Shown piece by piece: positions 38,580 to 42,442 of a stretch of 42,442 bases of DNA (the stretch's first letter is position 1; each line of letters opens with the position of its first letter). The notes under the pieces were generated by a model. That model was not told where the DNA came from and did not search any database. It saw nothing but the letters and a program-made list of their open reading frames with translations. This DNA is from Thermoproteota archaeon. Its GTDB lineage: Archaea; Korarchaeota; Korarchaeia; Korarchaeales; Korarchaeaceae. Made by a program: the position numbers and the translations under genes. Location: positions 1 through 42,442 of the forward strand of contig JAOZGP010000032.1 in the NCBI GenBank assembly GCA_027491735.1, written 5' to 3'.

Positions 38580-38666
38580 GCGGCCGTGGTCTAGCCTGGA
38601 CAGGATGTGGGCCCCCCATCTCCTGGGGGAGAGCCCAAGACCCGGGTTCAAATCCCGGCGGCCGCA
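38580..38666 (+). tRNA. tRNA-Gly(CCC) with a 13-nt intron at 37/38 (38619-38631)
   Basis: GCGGCCG/CGGCCGC-A Gly-type acceptor and TGGGC/GCCCA anticodon stem. BHB motif: CCCC:GGGG central helix with CA^T and AG^A bulges. Confidence 0.9.
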
Positions 38667-39146
38667 TAAGTACGATTTCGTTAGTTTGTAGAACCTCCAT
38701 TAGGACTCCTTTGCTCACCAGCCCCACACCAAAAGCCTGCTGAAGAGGACCATTATGTAGTGGAGGAGACCAGTCTTCTCCGCAACCAACCAGCCAAAGG
38801 TGTTTAGCGAATTGGTTTGACTGCTAAAGCCCCACTACGACATGTAGCCACGACCCCTTCATGCTGAAGCCCGATGCAGGGCATTTGAAGCCGACGAACT
38901 ACTCCAATTTCCAACTCATCCTCTCGTTTTAACAAGGCGACTTTCTGTAAGAAGAAGGACGACTGGAGGCTACCTGCTCAGATAGATTGCAGTTTCGAAT
39001 CTCGTTTTGTAGCGCTTCATTCGTCTATCGTCATTGAAAGGACACCATGGTCAGATTGATCAAATAACTCCACGGATAGAGAAAATCATCGTGACTGGAT
39101 GACTGAAAGAGCGATTATGTAGACCTATCTTTGGCTCAGAACATGA

Positions 39147-39167
39147 TGCGGGGGGAGGGACTTAAAC
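39147..39167 (-). repeat. tRNA-Leu-like 3'-end fragment (att-site remnant)
   Basis: Minus strand GTTTAAGTCCCTCCCCCCGCA(TCA) resembles the T-loop and acceptor 3' end of archaeal tRNA-Leu. It coincides with the start of the AT-rich DNA. Confidence 0.6.
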
Positions 39168-39214
39168 ATTATTTTGCCGGTAAATTTTAAGTACATTCAA
39201 GCTTAACTAATTAC

Positions 39215-39496
39215 ATGCCTAAACCAAATCTTGGAAAAACTGAAACAATTAAGAAGAGAACTGTCTACATTTACCTTCCTTCTGAAGAGATGATGAAGGA
39301 ATGGAAGGAAAGAGCTGAGAAGGAGGGAGTCTCGCTATCAAAATTTGTTATTGAGAGGGTTGAGGATTCAATAAGGAAAGAAGAAGATAATGCTTATCTG
39401 GCAAGACTTGAGTTAATAAATAGGTTAAGAGAGATTGAAGAAGAGAACAGAAGATTGAGAGAGGAAAACAAAACTGGTTTGTGGAGGGCTGGATGA
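39215..39496 (+). CDS. Ribbon-helix-helix-like DNA-binding protein with coiled coil, possibly truncated
   Basis: Beta strand TVYIYLP, then helices EWKERAEKEGVSLSKFVIERV, then a heptad-rich tail. Confidence 0.65.
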   Translation: MPKPNLGKTETIKKRTVYIYLPSEEMMKEWKERAEKEGVSLSKFVIERVEDSIRKEEDNAYLARLELINRLREIEEENRRLREENKTGLWRAG

Positions 39497-39505
39497 GGTG
39501 GTGGG

Positions 39506-39751
39506 ATGGATTATCTGATCCTTATTGTCGGTCTGCTTTTGCTTGCTCTCCTAATTTTACTTTGGAAGTATGCTGAGCTTAAAGGCAGGATAGAGCAGAG
39601 AGCAAGACAGATATTTGAAGAATGGCAAGAAAGAGAGCTTGAAATCATATCAAAAAGGAGAGCAGAAATTCTTTTGCATGTTGTTCAACAAACTTTCTGT
39701 GTAATTTCCCCAGATCATGAATTAAAGCCCCAATCTCAGCAAGCAAAATAG
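39506..39751 (+). pseudogene. N-terminal fragment of a membrane-anchored Holliday-junction-resolvase-like endonuclease, truncated at about 39675
   Basis: TM segment and RIEQRARQIFEEW helical segment typical of that family (recalled). The last ~24 codons are the antisense strand of the cas10 stub, and no nuclease domain follows. Confidence 0.55.
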
Positions 39752-39800
39752 CATCCCTGTTTTCCACCAACTTCTTCAGCTTCTCACTTCCCCATAGCAC
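39645..39800 (-). pseudogene. cas10: cas10 (type III-C, Csx11) N-terminal HD-domain remnant (not in the ORF track)
   Basis: Manual translation: GSEKLKKLVENRDAILLAEIGALIHDLGKLHRKFVEQHAKE, with HD at 39714-39719. It matches the recalled Csx11 N-terminus and is cut off at about 39670. Confidence 0.8.
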
Positions 39801-40553
39801 ACCACCCAGAAACCTCATTCACATCATCAAAAACTGCATTGAAATCAGGCAGATCCTTTAACTGATGCCTGAGCGAGCTTTCCCAGGCATTTCTGAAATC
39901 CTCTTTTCTGTTCAATAAACCATCAAAATCAGGTTCAACTCCTTTAAACCTGGACTTTTGGTTCACAGCAGAAACATCAAGCCCGAGTTTTGAAAGATAC
40001 CATACATCATATAAGTCTCTTGGTCTCATTCTCTGAAATAATGCCCTGATCTTCTCTGCAAAGATCTCCTGAAGTGTGTAAGTCAAAACTTCTGCATTGC
40101 AGTCATCAGAATAAGGATGGATGATTTTTCTTCTCTCCAGCGGGAGAAGTATAACTTCATTCTCCCTTTTTGTTATGTCTATTTTTATCCTTAAGGGATT
40201 GCCTGCTCTTCTCAGAATTCTAAAATAGACTGCAACCTCATATCCGTTCTCGACTTCCCTAAACTTAATGTCCTCATCAAAATCAATTCCACTCCTCCTT
40301 TTTGCCTCTCTCACAGCTTTAACAATTAATTCCTTTACTTTATCTACTTCCATATCTTCAAGCAATGTGAAATCCAGATCATCTGAGAATCTATAATCTC
40401 CAATATACACCTTCCTAATGCCTGTTCCACCTTTTAACGCCATATTAAGCGATAGAGAAGATAAAAGCCAGTTTTGAGCGTAATCTCCTCAACAGTAGTT
40501 TCCGGCACACCACTTTTCCTTGCAAACTCCCTTATTTCAAGTTCGGGGATCAT
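39784..40553 (-). pseudogene. abiEii: AbiEii-family nucleotidyltransferase toxin, frameshifted at about 40487
   Basis: ATG 40553 overlaps the abiEi stop. MIPELEIREFARKSGVPETTVE is followed, one base out of frame, by DYAQNWLL...LKGGT...YRFSDDLDF...EKIRAL...RDLYD. Confidence 0.88.
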
Positions 40554-41296
40554 TCTAACTCACCGATGTCAAGGTTGATTATCAACCTCCACCTGCCATT
40601 AGCTTTGCCCTTCTTAGGCATCGTAGGATCAAGAAGCAGGTAATTCTTCGCCCTAACTTCAGGCAGACCAATCTGCAGGCCAAGAACATCACACAGGTAA
40701 CCAAGCCTTCTTATAACTCCAGAATTTCCGATTTTTAGGGCATATCCTGATAATTTTTCAAAATCAAATTCACCATTACTTAAAGCCTTTGCAACCTCAA
40801 TCACTCCCCCGCAGTATTTTGGCTTATCCAGACAATCAACGATTGTTTTTTCTCTGTCTGTCACATTAACCTGAAATTCATCAAGCCATACTCTCTCAAT
40901 CCCAAAGAGCTTCTCTTCCTTTATTTTAACAATCTTATACCTTACCCCAAATATCTCCAATTCCTGCCTCTTCTTCCTCGAAGTTGTTTGAACAAAAAAA
41001 GTTGTGGGTATTTGCTCCGTTAAGCCATGATAGTTGAGGGCTGACCAGTAGGCAATCGCCGATGGATTTACAAGCAAGGAACCAATAACGAATTCGTTCA
41101 GTGTGTATTCTCCCCTCCTCGCACCAAGCGGTATCACCATGTATTTGCCTTTCTCTATTCTCTCAACCCATCCCTTCTTTTCCAATCTTGAAAGGAGGAC
41201 CTTCAGAACATTCTTATCGATACCGCTGATTTTCACAGCTTCTTCAACCGTGAATACCTTCTTTCTTGCTAATTCATCAAGCATCTTTATTCTCAT
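40550..41296 (-). CDS. abiEi: AbiEi-family antitoxin / transcriptional regulator
   Basis: N-terminal wHTH (RLEKKGWVERIEKGKY), AYWSALNYHGLTEQIP and TDREKTIVDCL. Intact ORF. Confidence 0.9.
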   Translation of the reverse strand: MRIKMLDELARKKVFTVEEAVKISGIDKNVLKVLLSRLEKKGWVERIEKGKYMVIPLGARRGEYTLNEFVIGSLLVNPSAIAYWSALNYHGLTEQIPTTFFVQTTSRKKRQELEIFGVRYKIVKIKEEKLFGIERVWLDEFQVNVTDREKTIVDCLDKPKYCGGVIEVAKALSNGEFDFEKLSGYALKIGNSGVIRRLGYLCDVLGLQIGLPEVRAKNYLLLDPTMPKKGKANGRWRLIINLDIGELE

Positions 41297-41323
41297 TTTG
41301 ATACACCATAATTAACAATTCTG

Positions 41324-42426
41324 TTAACTTTGGTGTATGATGTTGAGAATTTCCTTAACTTCATTGCTTTTGAAACCATCTACCTTGATGTCATTATTGT
41401 TTATTTGTTCAACAACTCCGAAACCGCTCGACTTTTTGGCTGAAAAGCCGATTTCGTAAAACATCTTTCGCAGTGCTTTTGATAGAAATTCTAAATCCTT
41501 TTGAACTTCTGATTTTTCATGTTCTTGAGCGTTGGGATTTATTCTAAATTCGTTAAACTTTCCTTTAGCTATTAAGTCGAATGGGTAGTAGAGCAATCTG
41601 AACACACCTTCCGCTCTTTCAGGAACTGTTTCAAAGTAAATTGGTCCTTTCACAGGTGTTCTGGTTTCTCTGCTTAGAGGTGTTATAACATCAAGTGAGA
41701 TCTCTTCAAAGAAGGTTGGGTAGAAGAACAGCCTTCCAGATCTTGAGGGAATATCTTTTGAAACGATTTTTTCGTCAATAAGCCACTTATCAAATTCTTT
41801 GTTAATCTTGTCGATTTCTTCTTTTAGCTTTTTCCCTGCTGGAAGCTCTCCTTCTATCGCCAGCAAACACAACTTTCCCAAATACTCTTCCTGGGAATCT
41901 TTTTCGTTACCGAACAGCTTTACAATCCTCACTCTTTCCCTGAATACAGTTTCCTTATCGAGTTTTGATTTGTTCAGTTTTTCGTGTATCTAATCCTCAA
42001 AAACCTTTATTGCAGCGAACCTCAAAGCTCCTTTCTATGTTGTCGCCCTAACCATCGGAAGCTTGAAGACCTTGTCTTTTACGGTTGGATTATCTATTAT
42101 GTAGAATTCATCGTCGTCTCTGCTGAGGTATGGTTTTTTGAGGATGAATTTGATTTGAATGTAGGTTGAATATTTTGGTAAACCACTATTTGTGATTTTT
42201 AATGTAGTATCTGCAAGCTGTTTTTTTATTCTTTAACGTTATTCTCCACTTCTTTTGTTTAAACCAGTTCATGTATCTTTCTCTTGCTCTCTCCTTAATT
42301 TTTATTAAGCATCAACAAGTGCGACCTAAGCCATAACTCTTCTATGTCGATTCTTTCCAATACCTGAAAGTTAACTCCGTATTTACTGTCCCAAAACCAA
42401 GAATAGATATCATATACATCATTCAT
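41324..42426 (-). pseudogene. cmr6: Type III-C Cmr6-like RAMP (Cas7 group) pseudogene
   Basis: GAGGTGA SD and ATG 42426 (MNDVYDIYSW). Then FILKKPYLSRDDDEFYIIDNPTVKDKVFKLPMVRATT*KGALR, LFFYPTFF, GPIYFETVP and the G-rich loop GFSAKKSSGFG. In-frame TAG codons at 42035-42037 and 41990-41992, plus frame disruptions at about 42230-42300. Confidence 0.87.
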
Positions 42427-42442
42427 TCTTACTCACCTCTAA

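Larger units (their letters stand above)
39147..42442. mobile_element. Decaying AT-rich defence island, continuing beyond the window
   Basis: Visible drop in GC, att-like fragment at the left edge, and TA and CRISPR genes with several pseudogenes. Confidence 0.65.

Noticed and set aside
38907-39040. CRISPR-repeat-like fragments (ATTTCCAACTCATCCTCTCGTTTTAAC, a second TCTCGTTTT about 78 nt later, and ATTGAAAG)
   Set aside because: Only a 9-nt match recurs and there is no regular repeat-spacer periodicity, so an array cannot be called.
41324-42426. Amber recoding (pyrrolysine or Trp) of cmr6
   Set aside because: Additional frame disruptions and normal TAG stop usage in the window favour pseudogenisation.

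Overview
Archaeal chromosome segment, probably TACK/Thermoproteota and possibly Korarchaeia-like (inference from S30e, L18e/L21e/L40e, the eIF5A-SRP54-Pus10-L21e-RpoF gene order, GGTGA-type SD motifs and many TTG starts). About 38.7 kb is dense housekeeping DNA: translation, RNA modification (Pus10, Nop5/fibrillarin, Trm1, Gar1, CCA enzyme), PheRS, enolase, GlmS, Phi, thermosome, MTA phosphorylase and SucCD. It also holds four tRNAs (Ser-GGA, Arg-GCG, Lys-CTT and an intron-containing Gly-CCC with an unusual C33), a candidate C/D-box sRNA and a 2+2 cluster of Wzy-like membrane proteins with single-pass partners. From about 39.15 kb the DNA becomes AT-rich and forms a decaying island that starts at a tRNA-Leu 3'-end (att-like) remnant. 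The main finding is in this island. A type IV AbiEi/AbiEii toxin-antitoxin pair sits inside a type III-C CRISPR-Cas effector operon, between a cmr6 pseudogene and a 51-codon cas10 (Csx11) HD-domain stub that the ORF track misses. The toxin is frameshifted and the antitoxin is intact. All calls come from manual reading and recalled family motifs; no searches were run.
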